Source: Synergistaceae bacterium (GTDB lineage Bacteria; Synergistota; Synergistia; Synergistales; Synergistaceae). From it: a DNA stretch of 64,000 bases. Under the pieces are notes generated by a model. The model worked only from the letters and a program-made list of their open reading frames with translations, made no database searches and was not told where the DNA came from. Below are positions 18,485-28,389 of the stretch, in pieces (the stretch's first letter is position 1; every line of letters begins with the position of its first letter). Where the stretch lies: NCBI GenBank assembly GCA_045617925.1, contig JAZLJR010000053.1, positions 11,206-75,205 on the forward strand, read 5' to 3'. The position numbers and the translations under genes are program-made.

Positions 18485-20271
18485 TTTTTGCCAACTCCAA
18501 TAAGGTCATATCTTTTGGCTTTTATTAGCGTTTTTTTCACAAGTTCTTTATTTTCTGGAATAAAATATTGCAAAAGAGCACGTTGCATTTTTCTTTCTTC
18601 CATGGATTTAGCTACATAAATTTTTTCATTTGTGAAGGGATTAATTTCTGTGTAATACATACATGTTGCGGCACTACCAGGAGTTGGGGTAAAATCTTGA
18701 ACCTGCTCTGGACGTAGTCCAGTATCGCGGATAAATTCTGCCAATTCAATGGCATCTTCAAGAGTAGCACCTGGATGCGATGAAATAAAATAAGGCACTA
18801 AAAATTGTTTTTTGCCGAGCTTATTGTTAATATTTTTATACGCCATTATAAATTTTTCAAAAATTTCTTTTTTTGGTTTTCTCATCAAGTTTAGAACCTT
18901 TAAGGATATATGTTCTGGTGCAATTTTCAACTGTCCAGATATATTGTTTTTGCAAATATATTCCAAGAATTTTGAGTTATTTTCAGCTAATATGTAATCG
19001 TAACGTAGGCCGGAGCGGATAAATATTTTTTTTATTCCCTCTATTTTTTTTGCTTTTTCCAGCAGAGAAATATAATGTTTGTGACTAGTGTCAAGATTTT
19101 CACAAGGAGTAGGGAACAGGCAGGATTTGTCACGGCATGTGCTAAATTTTACACACTTCTCGCATTGTGCGTGGGTAAAATCAGCGGTTGGTCCACCTAA
19201 GTCAGAAATATATCCCTTAAAATCTACATCGTATGTTAAAGCTTCAATTTCTTTTAGGACGCTTTCATCGCTCCGAGCTTGTATAATTCGTCCCTGGTGA
19301 TTTGCTATGGCACAGAATGCACATTCGCCAAAGCAACCTCTATGTTGTGTTACACTAAACTTTACTTCAGAGAGAGCAGGAACTCCTCCAAGTTTATCAT
19401 AATCGGGATGCCATTGCCTTGTATAGGGCAATGCGTAAACTTTGTCCATTTCAATTTGCGTAAGAGGTCTTGCAGGTTTGTTTTGCACAACAAACCAAGC
19501 TCCTTGGTCTTGTGCAATTTTTTTGCCATTATATGAATCGTTCTCTTTATATGCCAAGGCGAAAGCTTCTGCATATTTTTTTTTGTCACTAGAGACTTCG
19601 GAAAAACTAGGCAAAAGAACACAATTTAAATCATTAACATTATGTGTCTTGTAACATGTGCCACTAATGTCTGTCATATCTTTAATATTTTCGCCAGCGT
19701 CGAGTTGGGCAAGAATTTCTTTTGTTGCTAACTCTCCCATGCCGTAAACTAGTAAATCTGCCCGTGAATCCACCAAAATGCTGCGACGCACCTTGTTGCT
19801 CCAGTAATCATAATGCGCAAGACGACGCAAGCTTGCTTCAATTCCGCCGATTATGAGCGGAATATCGCCAAAATTTTCTCTTACCTTGTTGCAATAAACC
19901 ATTGTTGCTCTGTCTGGTCTTTTGCCTGCAATACCACCTGGAGTGTAGTTGTCATTTCGTCTTTTTTTCTTGTTCGCTGTGTAGTGATTTACCATACTGT
20001 CCATATTGCCGGCGGAAAGCATAACGCATAGCCTAGGACGCCCCAATTTTAGAAAATCATCATTGTTATGCCAATCAGGTTGGGCAATTATTCCAACAGA
20101 AAAGCCGAGTGACTCAACAAGCCGTGCAATAATTGCGTGACCAAAACTAGGGTGGTCAACATAAGCGTCTCCTGTGATAATAAGGACATCTAGCTGTTCT
20201 ATCCCTCTTTGCTTTAGGTCTTCTTGTGTAGTAGGTAAAAATAGTCGTCTATTTTTATTTTCTTTTTGCAT
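18469..20271 (-). CDS. ygiQ: YgiQ-family radical SAM protein (UPF0313)
   Basis: 600 aa. N-terminal YgiQ-type domain (ITGDAYVDHPSFG), radical-SAM cluster CFGECAFCAI and the conserved C-terminal domain. Confidence 0.85.
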   Translation of the reverse strand: MQKENKNRRLFLPTTQEDLKQRGIEQLDVLIITGDAYVDHPSFGHAIIARLVESLGFSVGIIAQPDWHNNDDFLKLGRPRLCVMLSAGNMDSMVNHYTANKKKRRNDNYTPGGIAGKRPDRATMVYCNKVRENFGDIPLIIGGIEASLRRLAHYDYWSNKVRRSILVDSRADLLVYGMGELATKEILAQLDAGENIKDMTDISGTCYKTHNVNDLNCVLLPSFSEVSSDKKKYAEAFALAYKENDSYNGKKIAQDQGAWFVVQNKPARPLTQIEMDKVYALPYTRQWHPDYDKLGGVPALSEVKFSVTQHRGCFGECAFCAIANHQGRIIQARSDESVLKEIEALTYDVDFKGYISDLGGPTADFTHAQCEKCVKFSTCRDKSCLFPTPCENLDTSHKHYISLLEKAKKIEGIKKIFIRSGLRYDYILAENNSKFLEYICKNNISGQLKIAPEHISLKVLNLMRKPKKEIFEKFIMAYKNINNKLGKKQFLVPYFISSHPGATLEDAIELAEFIRDTGLRPEQVQDFTPTPGSAATCMYYTEINPFTNEKIYVAKSMEERKMQRALLQYFIPENKELVKKTLIKAKRYDLIGVGKKCLVK

Positions 20272-20317
20272 ATATATTCAGTTCTTTTCTTCTAAATTTG
20301 TGGTATATTATACCATT

Positions 20318-21010
20318 ATGATTGAGCAAATAAAGGTATGTAATGAAATTTTCTATATTAAAAGAATTGCTAGCAGGACTCGATGTGCAGCTCTCATTGG
20401 AGATGATGGAGAATTTTTGTTGCATGTTCCGGCTTTTATGACAGATAAAGAAATAAAACAGAACGCTGAAAGGTTTATTCCAAACTTTATTGATGATTTG
20501 AAAAAAAGTAGAGCAGAAATAATTTCACGGTTTCATTCTTACAAAAATGGTGACGAATTTCTTTGCTATGGAGAAGTGTTGAAATTAAAAATTGATGATA
20601 CTGTCAAAGAGATTAAGCGAGAAGGACAATTTTTGAGGTCACCAAGGATAAACGGCAGAGATGAAGCAAATGCATTTTTTTTCAAGTTTTATGCAGGTCA
20701 GCTCTATGATTTGTTACAGCAACGTCTAAACTACTGGTGCAAGAAAACGCATCTTTGTCCGAATGCCGTATCTATCAAAGATGTTAAAACACGGTGGGGG
20801 AGTTGTTCACGCAACAGAAACATTACGTTTAATGTAAAAATGGCACTTCTTCCGCAACATCTTTTTGATTATGTAATAGTTCACGAATTGTGTCATATAA
20901 AAGAGATGAATCATTCAGTTGCATTTTGGCAACTTGTCAAAAAATTTATACCTAACGCAGAAGAATATAGAAAAGAGTTAAGACGAGATGAAAAAAAATA
21001 CACTTGGTAA
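20318..21010 (+). CDS. DUF45/YgjP-like metal-dependent hydrolase (M48-like HExxH)
   Basis: WGSCS...ITFN and VIVHELCHIKEMNHS motifs. I take the ATG at 20318 as the start, because the longer track ORF reads through the divergent ygiQ start region. Confidence 0.8.
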   Translation: MIEQIKVCNEIFYIKRIASRTRCAALIGDDGEFLLHVPAFMTDKEIKQNAERFIPNFIDDLKKSRAEIISRFHSYKNGDEFLCYGEVLKLKIDDTVKEIKREGQFLRSPRINGRDEANAFFFKFYAGQLYDLLQQRLNYWCKKTHLCPNAVSIKDVKTRWGSCSRNRNITFNVKMALLPQHLFDYVIVHELCHIKEMNHSVAFWQLVKKFIPNAEEYRKELRRDEKKYTW

Positions 21011-21875
21011 CAGATGTTTAAATTTTCCAGACAATTTTTTGCTATATCTAGGCACTTCCGGTGGTCGTTTTTCCATGATAAAACAACTTCGCGCCACTGG
21101 TGGTATGTGGTTTCGTTATGCTGGGTTAAATTTACTTATTGACCCGGGTCCTGGTTGTCTTGTCAAAATTTGCGAATCTTCTTTACCGTGTAAAAACGAC
21201 GAGCATGCCGTTGTGGAAGATATTGATGGTATCATCTTAACACATAGGCATATTGACCACACGGGTGATGTGAATGTTATCATTGAGGGACTTACACATG
21301 GCGGACGCAATAAGCGTGGTTTTCTCCTGACGCCGCCCGATTGTGTTTATGGTGATGATTGTGTTGTGCTGCATTATGAGCAGGGACATTTGGAAAAAAT
21401 CATTACAGCAACGGACGGTGAAATGCTATATTTGCCTAACGGAATTTCAGTCTATCCTGTAAAGCATATTCATAATGGTGTTGAGCCCTTGGGCTATATA
21501 TTCAGATGTGATGGTTACCCGTCAGTTGGTTTTATATCTGATACAAAATACCTTCCTAAATATGGTGAAACCTACAAGGGGCTTGATGTTTTGTCAATAA
21601 ATTCCACCTTTGCAATGCCACGAGAGACAAGTGAACATCTCTCATATCCCGAATCTGTAAAAATAATTGAAGTTGCACAACCAAAACTTGCTATATTGAC
21701 ACACCTATGTGCACATTTTTTCTGGGATGAATACAAAAATTTATTAAATACGACAAAGATAAATAATACAAAACTTGTTATGGCAAGTGACGGAATGGTT
21801 GTTGATTTAAGCTCAAGAAAATTTTGGCGAAATTTCACAAAGTCTAAATTTAGCAAGTCTGAGGAGAAAAAATAA
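20988..21875 (+). CDS. MBL-fold metallo-hydrolase
   Basis: HRHIDHTGD (HxHxDH) motif. Overlaps the preceding gene by 23 nt. Confidence 0.75.
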   Translation: MKKNTLGNRCLNFPDNFLLYLGTSGGRFSMIKQLRATGGMWFRYAGLNLLIDPGPGCLVKICESSLPCKNDEHAVVEDIDGIILTHRHIDHTGDVNVIIEGLTHGGRNKRGFLLTPPDCVYGDDCVVLHYEQGHLEKIITATDGEMLYLPNGISVYPVKHIHNGVEPLGYIFRCDGYPSVGFISDTKYLPKYGETYKGLDVLSINSTFAMPRETSEHLSYPESVKIIEVAQPKLAILTHLCAHFFWDEYKNLLNTTKINNTKLVMASDGMVVDLSSRKFWRNFTKSKFSKSEEKK

Positions 21876-22790
21876 ATGAAAAAGATTAGCGAACTATCTA
21901 TTATTAAACTTATAGGAAACACACCTTTATACAAATTAAATTTAGTAACTGGTGGTGCACCGATTTACATAAAGCTTGAGGGGAATAATCCCGGAGGCTC
22001 AATAAAAGACAGAGCAGCTTTTGGAATGTTAAAGCGTGCAGAAGATATAGGCTTGCTTAATGAAGATACTATAATTGTTGAGCCAACCAGTGGCAACACC
22101 GGAATAGGATTGGCACTCTTGGGAAGTGCACTAGGACTAAAAGTTATATTGACTATGCCAGAGTCTATGTCACTGGAAAGAAGAAAGGTGCTTGCAGCCT
22201 TTGGTGCGGAATTGATTTTAACTCCTGCCAATAAAGGAATGGCTGGTGCGGTGGAAGCAGCAAATGAAATTTTGAAAGAAAATCAAAACGCAATTATGCT
22301 TGATCAATTTTCAAACGAAGGCAATCCACAAATTCACGAAACAACAACTGCAGTTGAAATACTGGAGCAAATTGGAAATCCGGACAAAATTGGTGCGTTT
22401 GTTTGCTCCTTTGGAACGGGGGGAACAGTGTCTGGTATAGGAAGAGCAATAAAAAGAAAAAATAACTCTTCCAAAATTGTGGCAGTTGAACCGGCATCCA
22501 GTCCGCTAATTACAGAGGGGAAAGCAGGAGCACACAAAATTCAAGGCATTGGAGCTAATTTCATTCCAAAGTGCCTTGACAAAAATGTGATTGATGAATT
22601 TGTAACTGTAACCGATGATGAAGCAATAGAAATGACTAAATATTTATCAAGAAAAGAGGGAATATTTAGTGGTATTTCTACCGGTGCAAATGTTGTAGCA
22701 GCAATGAAAATTGCAAAAAATTTTTCCCCTGACAAGGTTGTAATTACAATACAACCCGACAGGGGAGACAAATATCTTTCTGTATTTTAA
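21876..22790 (+). CDS. cysK: cysteine synthase A (O-acetylserine sulfhydrylase)
   Basis: PLP lysine motif NPGGSIKDR, the TSGNTG loop and GTGGT. Confidence 0.9.
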   Translation: MKKISELSIIKLIGNTPLYKLNLVTGGAPIYIKLEGNNPGGSIKDRAAFGMLKRAEDIGLLNEDTIIVEPTSGNTGIGLALLGSALGLKVILTMPESMSLERRKVLAAFGAELILTPANKGMAGAVEAANEILKENQNAIMLDQFSNEGNPQIHETTTAVEILEQIGNPDKIGAFVCSFGTGGTVSGIGRAIKRKNNSSKIVAVEPASSPLITEGKAGAHKIQGIGANFIPKCLDKNVIDEFVTVTDDEAIEMTKYLSRKEGIFSGISTGANVVAAMKIAKNFSPDKVVITIQPDRGDKYLSVF

Positions 22791-22865
22791 TATATATAGC
22801 TAATGATAGCCATTCCCTTTATGTTAGCTTGGTGAAATCAAGTGCTTATAGCTAATATATTTGTG

Positions 22866-23414
22866 TTATAGCAATTTTGAGCAAAATTCTTCATTGCAGT
22901 AAAAATTTTCAAATTTTTCTTTGAACCAGTTTTCTGCTGGGTGATGTCCTAAGCCTAGCAAGGTTGCAAGTTGCAAATGTAGGCACTTTGCCGCTGTTGG
23001 GCAGACTTTTGTGTTAATTCCACCAATTCCTTTTTGCGTTAAGCTTTCTTTCAATTTGTCATCAATTTTATTCCATGTTGAGATATTTTTTTTTGCCACT
23101 TCTGTGCGAAGATTCTTGTATTCTTCGTGTAGAGTGGTAATTTCTTTTTCTTTTTGCTTGAAAATTTCCTCTATTTCCGTTACTCCTGCATCTGATTCCA
23201 GCTTGCCACATTCTTTTTCTAAATATGGGCAAACTAGCCAAAAAAGTGTGGGGCAGAGGACGCCGTTTTCAAAGATAGGACTTGTCATAACAACTTGTGG
23301 ATATCCCCATTTGCAACGATGAGCTACACACAAACTATTTTTTATATTAAATTTTCTTCCCTGCATATTTGCAGTTATTATTTTTTTGTCTAATTCTTTT
23401 AGTTTGTCCATCAA
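22866..23414 (-). CDS. DUF501 domain protein
   Basis: Conserved GYPQVV...CPTLFWLVCPYL signature of DUF501, as I recall it. Confidence 0.65.
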   Translation of the reverse strand: MMDKLKELDKKIITANMQGRKFNIKNSLCVAHRCKWGYPQVVMTSPIFENGVLCPTLFWLVCPYLEKECGKLESDAGVTEIEEIFKQKEKEITTLHEEYKNLRTEVAKKNISTWNKIDDKLKESLTQKGIGGINTKVCPTAAKCLHLQLATLLGLGHHPAENWFKEKFENFYCNEEFCSKLL

Positions 23415-24310
23415 TCTTTTACCAAATCTGGCATTGCTTTTGCATAGCCTTCTTTCATCAAATCTTGTGTTATTTTCAAGTATCTTTCTGTTGCTGCAAT
23501 GCTTTCATGACCAAGAAAATCTTGTATAAATTTTAGTGGTGCACCGTTTTCTAGCATGTGTGTGGCTGCTGAGTGTCGCAATGTGTGAGGAGAAACTTCT
23601 CTAACTCCTGCTTTCTGTGCCACCTTTGTTACAATTCTCGTAATTGTTCGGACTGTCAAAAATTTTGCACGCACTGTTTCACCCTTTAGAAATGGATCGT
23701 CCGTCTCGTGGGGGACTAAAGGCATATATATTTCTAGTAATTCTTTTAAGCGAAAACCGAAAGGAACAAGTCTTTCTTTTGAGCCTTTTCCAAAAATTCG
23801 CATAATTCTTTCGTTTAAATCTATATTCCCCCAAGTTAAGGAAGCTAACTCTGAAACACGAAGACCACAAGAATATAGTGTTTCAATAATAACCCTGTCT
23901 CTCATTGCTGTAGGGGAAGATAAATCAATCCCATTGGCTAGAATGTTTTCTACGCTTTTTTGAGACAGAGCCCTAGGCAAAACTATATTTTTCTTCGGGC
24001 TTTTGATTGGTATTGAAGGATTGTTTGTTAAATCACCATGCCTTTGTAGCCATGAGCAAAAGCCTCTTAGGGCAGACATACGCCTTGAAACTGTTGACTT
24101 TTCCTCATTTATTCCAATGATATTTGACAGAAAAATGCGAAGAGACCTAGTGTCAAGTTGCTCAAGTTCATGGATGTCTTGATTTTTGAGAAAAGTGTTC
24201 AAGTGACGCAAATCAATTTCGTAATTAGTTATTGTATGCTTTGAGTAGCCCAAGACAGAAAGATGCTCAAGATATTCATGTATCAGTTGTTCTATTTTAT
24301 TTTCTTTCAT
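23411..24310 (-). CDS. tyrosine recombinase XerC/XerD family
   Basis: 299 aa. N-terminal SAM-like domain. The catalytic region has RxxxLxxxGLR, HTLRHSAATHML and GHESIAATERY. Confidence 0.85.
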   Translation of the reverse strand: MKENKIEQLIHEYLEHLSVLGYSKHTITNYEIDLRHLNTFLKNQDIHELEQLDTRSLRIFLSNIIGINEEKSTVSRRMSALRGFCSWLQRHGDLTNNPSIPIKSPKKNIVLPRALSQKSVENILANGIDLSSPTAMRDRVIIETLYSCGLRVSELASLTWGNIDLNERIMRIFGKGSKERLVPFGFRLKELLEIYMPLVPHETDDPFLKGETVRAKFLTVRTITRIVTKVAQKAGVREVSPHTLRHSAATHMLENGAPLKFIQDFLGHESIAATERYLKITQDLMKEGYAKAMPDLVKD

Positions 24311-24333
24311 ACGACCTCGTTTCCAGCATCAAA

Positions 24334-25083
24334 CTATGTTGATTGCTTCCATTGACTTTTCATTAATGCGTGAAGGATATTACTTTTTACATCGCTATGT
24401 TTAGCTTCTAGGTATTCAATAATTTCTTGTGCTTCTTTACGTTGTGTATGTGTGCCATAGGGGCAAGAAGAAGTTAAAATTGGTAAATTTAACCGCAACG
24501 ATTCAAGCGAAATTTGTCGTTCTTCAACATAAATCAGTGGGCGTATAACGCTTATTTTACTTTTTGTCATAAAAATATTTGGCTCAAAACACTTGAAGTT
24601 TCCGGTGTGAAGAAGGTTTAGCAAAACTGTTTGAGCGACATCATCTTTATGGTGACCTAAAGCAATTTTGTTATAGCCAAATTCATTTGCAGCTGTTGCC
24701 AGCAAACCACGCCTAAAATTTGCACAGAGACTACAGGGACTTTTTTCTTTTCGCTCGGAAATTATCTGAAAAGTGGGGTGATCTTTTGTAATGAAGGGGA
24801 TATCTAATTCACGCAAAAAATTTTTTATATCTGCTAACTCTTGTGTGGAGTTAGATTGATTTATGTAACAGGCTCCAAGCTCAAATTTTATTGGGCTTCT
24901 TGTTTGCAGTATGTGTAATGCAAGAGTAAGTATAAAGCTGTCTTTTCCACCAGAGAAACCTATCAAAATTTTGTCATTTTTATTTATCATATTAAAATCA
25001 AAAACGGCTTTTCCAACGAGACGTGAAATTTTTTGTGAGAGTTTTGGAAAGTCGCTAGTTAAGTTATTCTCTGCATTACCCAT
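24334..25083 (-). CDS. PP-loop ATPase of the TtcA family (tRNA 2-thiocytidine biosynthesis)
   Basis: SGGKDS PP-loop, CSLCANFRRG and the C-terminal Cys motif SSCPYG. Confidence 0.75.
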   Translation of the reverse strand: MGNAENNLTSDFPKLSQKISRLVGKAVFDFNMINKNDKILIGFSGGKDSFILTLALHILQTRSPIKFELGACYINQSNSTQELADIKNFLRELDIPFITKDHPTFQIISERKEKSPCSLCANFRRGLLATAANEFGYNKIALGHHKDDVAQTVLLNLLHTGNFKCFEPNIFMTKSKISVIRPLIYVEERQISLESLRLNLPILTSSCPYGTHTQRKEAQEIIEYLEAKHSDVKSNILHALMKSQWKQST

Positions 25084-25163
25084 AATTGTTCAACCTTCAT
25101 TTTTATTTTATAGTGCGATTATATCATCTAAAGTAAATTTTTGCATTTCTGCAAAAATATTTC

Positions 25164-25191
25164 TTGCTAAGTAACCTAATTTTGTTATAAT
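25164..25191 (+). promoter_or_regulatory. candidate promoter for the 25217 membrane protein gene
   Basis: TTGCTA (25164-25169), 16-nt spacer, TATAAT (25186-25191), with an upstream TG. Confidence 0.5.
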
Positions 25192-25216
25192 TACTAGTTG
25201 GATTGGAGGTGTCGTC

Positions 25217-26275
25217 TTGACTGTTCGCAAGGGAATTTCTGTTTTTACATTTTTTGTTTTAATTTCTATGATAGCAATTGTTTGTTACACTGCAGATGCT
25301 AGCACATACGAGGCGTTGAAGAATGCTAATATACTGTTGCTTTTTTGTGGTTTTGGACTAGTTGTGTTAGGTTGGATGCTTGATTCATTTAAATTTATGA
25401 CGCTTTCTCTTGCAGCAGGAGAGAAATTGTCATTTAAGGATACATTGACAGTTGTGCTAGTGAATTATTTTGGTTGCGCAATTACACCTATGCAAAGTGG
25501 TGGTGGTCCTTTCCAAGTCTATATGTTATATCAGAATGGTGTTGCAGTTGGTAAATCTGTTGCAATCACGCTTGTGCGCACAATTTTTACTCTTGTTATT
25601 TTAGCACTGGTTGTCCCCTTTGCAATGACATTAGACGAAAGTGTTTTAGATAATTACAAATACCTAAGCTTATATTTATATTATATATTTGCTTTTGTTG
25701 GTGCGGCTGTGGCGCTGATTATAATTAGTATTGTTAAACCTTCCATCTTAAAACATATTGTAGAAAAGCTGTTAAAACTAATAAATAGATTTGGCTTTAT
25801 TAAAGCTCCGCGTTTGAAAAATATTTTACAAAAGGTTCACAACGAAATAGATATTTATAATGCCAATATGAAAGAGTTTGTCGGACGAGGTAAGAAATGG
25901 CTTTTTATTTCTTTTCTCGTGGCAATATGCCATATGTTTGTTTATATGTCTGTTATGCCTGTTATTATTGTGGCAACAGGTTTTAGCGTGAACTTTTTAC
26001 AATGCCTAATAGCAGAAGCACTATTTCTTTTTGTTTTATATTTTGTGCCTACTCCAGGTGCTTCTGGCATTGCTGAATGTGGAGCAGCAACAATTTGTGC
26101 AATGTTTATGCCATTAGGTGCTGCAGGCATTACAGCGATACTGTGGCGTATGATATCTGAATACACAGGAATAGCACTAGGGGCTGTTGTCATGATAAAA
26201 AGTCTCGGCTTATCCAATGCAAACGAATTACTAGCAAAAAATAAAAAAGCAAAGAAAAATTTTTCAAAGGAATAA
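25217..26275 (+). CDS. polytopic membrane protein, flippase-like / lysyl-PG-synthase TM-region family (UPF0104)
   Basis: About 8 TM helices and a conserved PTPGASG motif near the C-terminus. TTG start after GGAGG. Confidence 0.55.
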   Translation: MTVRKGISVFTFFVLISMIAIVCYTADASTYEALKNANILLLFCGFGLVVLGWMLDSFKFMTLSLAAGEKLSFKDTLTVVLVNYFGCAITPMQSGGGPFQVYMLYQNGVAVGKSVAITLVRTIFTLVILALVVPFAMTLDESVLDNYKYLSLYLYYIFAFVGAAVALIIISIVKPSILKHIVEKLLKLINRFGFIKAPRLKNILQKVHNEIDIYNANMKEFVGRGKKWLFISFLVAICHMFVYMSVMPVIIVATGFSVNFLQCLIAEALFLFVLYFVPTPGASGIAECGAATICAMFMPLGAAGITAILWRMISEYTGIALGAVVMIKSLGLSNANELLAKNKKAKKNFSKE

Positions 26276-26288
26276 AGGAGAAAATACA

Positions 26289-27383
26289 TTGTTACATTGC
26301 GGAATTATCGGTTTGCCACTAAGTGGCAAAAGCACAATATTTAATGTAATTACTAAGGCTGGAGCAGAGGTAAAACCTTATGCTGGTGGAAAAACTGATC
26401 CAAACAGAGCAGTTGTTCCTGTTCCTGATGCTCGTTTTGATAAGCTTGTGGAATTTTACAAGCCTAAAAAAGAAACTCCATCTCAAATAGAATTTGTTGA
26501 TCTTGCTGGATTATCTCGCGGAGCTGGTCAAGGTTTGGGATTGGGAAATGCCTTTTTGTCTTTTGTAAGTGACGCAGATGCACTTGTTCATGTTATCCGT
26601 TGCTTTGAAAATAGCGGGGTAGAGCATCCAGAGGGTAGCATTGATCCTGTCCGTGACTGGGATATTGTCAATAACGAGCTGATATTTAGAGACCTTGCTG
26701 TTATTGAAAATCGTCTTACAAAATTATCTGCAAAAAAGAAACTTCTGCCAGAAGAAGCAAAGGAAAAAGCACTGCTTGAAAAATGTAATGAATGCTTGAT
26801 GGAAGAAAAGCCTCTTTCTAGTATTGAAATGACTGTTGAAGAAAAAAGATCTCTTCGTGGTTTTGCCTTTGTAACATCTAAACCTCAGATAGTTGTTTTG
26901 AATTTAGACGAAACACAAGTTGAAGATGAAAAAATACCAAAATATAGTGAATTACAAAAGAAAGCTCAAGAATCTGGAGTAATTCTTGTCAAGCTATATG
27001 GCAGTATTGAAATGGATATTATTGAGTTAAGCCCAGAAGATGCAGCTTTATTTACAGAAGGATTAAAAATTACAGAGCCAGGTAGAGAACGCTTAATCAA
27101 TGAAGCCTATAAAACACTTGGGCTTATTTCCTTCTTTACATCTGGACAAGATGAAGTCCGTGCTTGGGCTTTAGCTGATGGTGGCACAGCGGTAGATGCG
27201 GCTGGCACAATACATTCAGACCTTGCAAGAGGCTTTATAAGGGCACAAGTTGTTGCTTATAAAGATTTTGAGGCACATCACAATTCTTTCGATGAGTGCA
27301 GAAAAGCAGGTGTATTGCGTCTTGAGGGAAAAGAATATAAGGTTCATGACGGAGACATGATAGAAATTCGCTTTAACATCTAG
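26289..27383 (+). CDS. ychF: redox-regulated ATPase YchF
   Basis: GLPLSGKST P-loop, DLAGL and the C-terminal TGS-like domain (RAW...GT...AAG.IHSD...GFI.A). Confidence 0.9.
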   Translation: MLHCGIIGLPLSGKSTIFNVITKAGAEVKPYAGGKTDPNRAVVPVPDARFDKLVEFYKPKKETPSQIEFVDLAGLSRGAGQGLGLGNAFLSFVSDADALVHVIRCFENSGVEHPEGSIDPVRDWDIVNNELIFRDLAVIENRLTKLSAKKKLLPEEAKEKALLEKCNECLMEEKPLSSIEMTVEEKRSLRGFAFVTSKPQIVVLNLDETQVEDEKIPKYSELQKKAQESGVILVKLYGSIEMDIIELSPEDAALFTEGLKITEPGRERLINEAYKTLGLISFFTSGQDEVRAWALADGGTAVDAAGTIHSDLARGFIRAQVVAYKDFEAHHNSFDECRKAGVLRLEGKEYKVHDGDMIEIRFNI

Positions 27384-28303
27384 TGGATATTATTATGACG
27401 TGTAAAAACAACGAAAAAAGATTAGGTATTGACATAGGTGGCCATACACTGACAATAGCAGAAGTGATAGCATCACCTAGACCACAAATTATAAATAAAA
27501 AAACAATCAGCACACCATCTCCAAGAACGCCAAAAACTCTTATTGACGCACTAGTTTCCTTAGTGCGAGAGTATGTAGATGATGGTGAGAAGTGTTGCGT
27601 AGGAATAGCTGTTCCAGGAGCACTAGACAAAACAAAAAGTTTTTGCAACCTTACAAATTTTGGTAACGTAAAATGTAATTTATCAAAATTGCTTGAAGAA
27701 GAACTTTCAAAGCATAACATTACTGCAAAGGTTAAAGCTGAGAATGATGCAAATGCTGTCGCTATTGGTGAAAAAATAGCTGGTGAAGCCAAAGACATAG
27801 AGGACTTTGTTTGTGTCACGCTTGGAACTGGAATTGGCGGAGGCATTTTTTCAAATAATAAGCTTTTAACAGGCGCACATGGTCTAGCTGGTGAACTTGG
27901 GCATATATTCCTAGAAGATAAAGAGAGAGAGTGCCCTTGTGGTGGCAAGGGGCATTTAGAGGCCTTTGTTGGTGCATATGTTGTTGAGAATGAAGCAACA
28001 AATTTAGGTATAGCAGATAATTTTAAAGAACTTTGGGAAAAACGTGACTCAGTAGAAGATGCAGGGAGAATTATTTCTCAATTTCTTGATAGAATTGCTT
28101 CAGCTTTTGCCACATACATTGCAATATTAGACCCTGAAGCAATATTTTTATATGGTGGCATTTCAAAAAGTGATGGAATTATTCCAGAAATTACAAAGAG
28201 ATTAACACCTCTTTTGTCAACTGCAGAAAAATGTAATTGTAAAATTATGGTTTCCGGTTTAGGTGAGGATGCTGCCCTTTATGGCGTTGCCTTAGAGCAA
28301 TAA
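27383..28303 (+). CDS. ROK-family glucokinase
   Basis: GIDIGGH, GTGIGGG and GELGH...CPCG..GHLE zinc motif. The start could instead be the ATG at 27395. Confidence 0.8.
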   Translation: MDIIMTCKNNEKRLGIDIGGHTLTIAEVIASPRPQIINKKTISTPSPRTPKTLIDALVSLVREYVDDGEKCCVGIAVPGALDKTKSFCNLTNFGNVKCNLSKLLEEELSKHNITAKVKAENDANAVAIGEKIAGEAKDIEDFVCVTLGTGIGGGIFSNNKLLTGAHGLAGELGHIFLEDKERECPCGGKGHLEAFVGAYVVENEATNLGIADNFKELWEKRDSVEDAGRIISQFLDRIASAFATYIAILDPEAIFLYGGISKSDGIIPEITKRLTPLLSTAEKCNCKIMVSGLGEDAALYGVALEQ

Positions 28304-28311
28304 ATTTCCTA

Positions 28312-28339
28312 TTGATTTTTTTTATTTTTGTGATACAAT
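28312..28339 (+). promoter_or_regulatory. candidate promoter of the rimP-nusA-infB operon
   Basis: TTGATT (28312-28317), 16-nt spacer, TACAAT (28334-28339), with an extended -10 TG at 28331-28332. Confidence 0.5.
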
Positions 28340-28360
28340 AACGACACTTCGTTATTATCA

Positions 28361-28389
28361 AAAGAGTGGGCTTGCCCACTCTTTTTCTT
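28361..28389 (+). terminator. intrinsic terminator-like hairpin in the rimP leader (also positioned to terminate glk)
   Basis: AAAGAGTGGGC (28361-28371) / GCCCACTCTTT (28374-28384) followed by a T-rich tract. Lies between the candidate promoter and the rimP SD. Confidence 0.6.

Noticed and set aside
22791-22865. Direct repeat TATAGCTAAT (22795-22804 and 22847-22856) and several TAG-containing motifs in the cysK/DUF501 convergent spacer
   Set aside because: It is 10 nt long, AT-rich and present in only two copies. It has no associated hairpin strong enough to call a terminator and no flanking mobile-element features.
23411-24310. Tyrosine recombinase as a marker of an integrated mobile element
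   Set aside because: The size and motifs fit housekeeping XerC/XerD. The flanks are DUF501 and a TtcA-like gene, with no phage or transposon genes, no adjacent tRNA and no direct repeats.
25137-25156. Inverted repeat TTTTTGCA-tttc-TGCAAAAA in the divergent ttcA-like / membrane-protein promoter region
   Set aside because: It could be an operator near the -35 of the ttcA-like promoter. However, it is short and AT-rich and I have no supporting second copy, so I do not call it a feature.
27373-27948. 191-aa minus-strand ORF overlapping the ROK glucokinase gene
   Set aside because: It is antisense to a gene with clear family motifs. It is Ser/Pro-rich and low-complexity, and has no SD.
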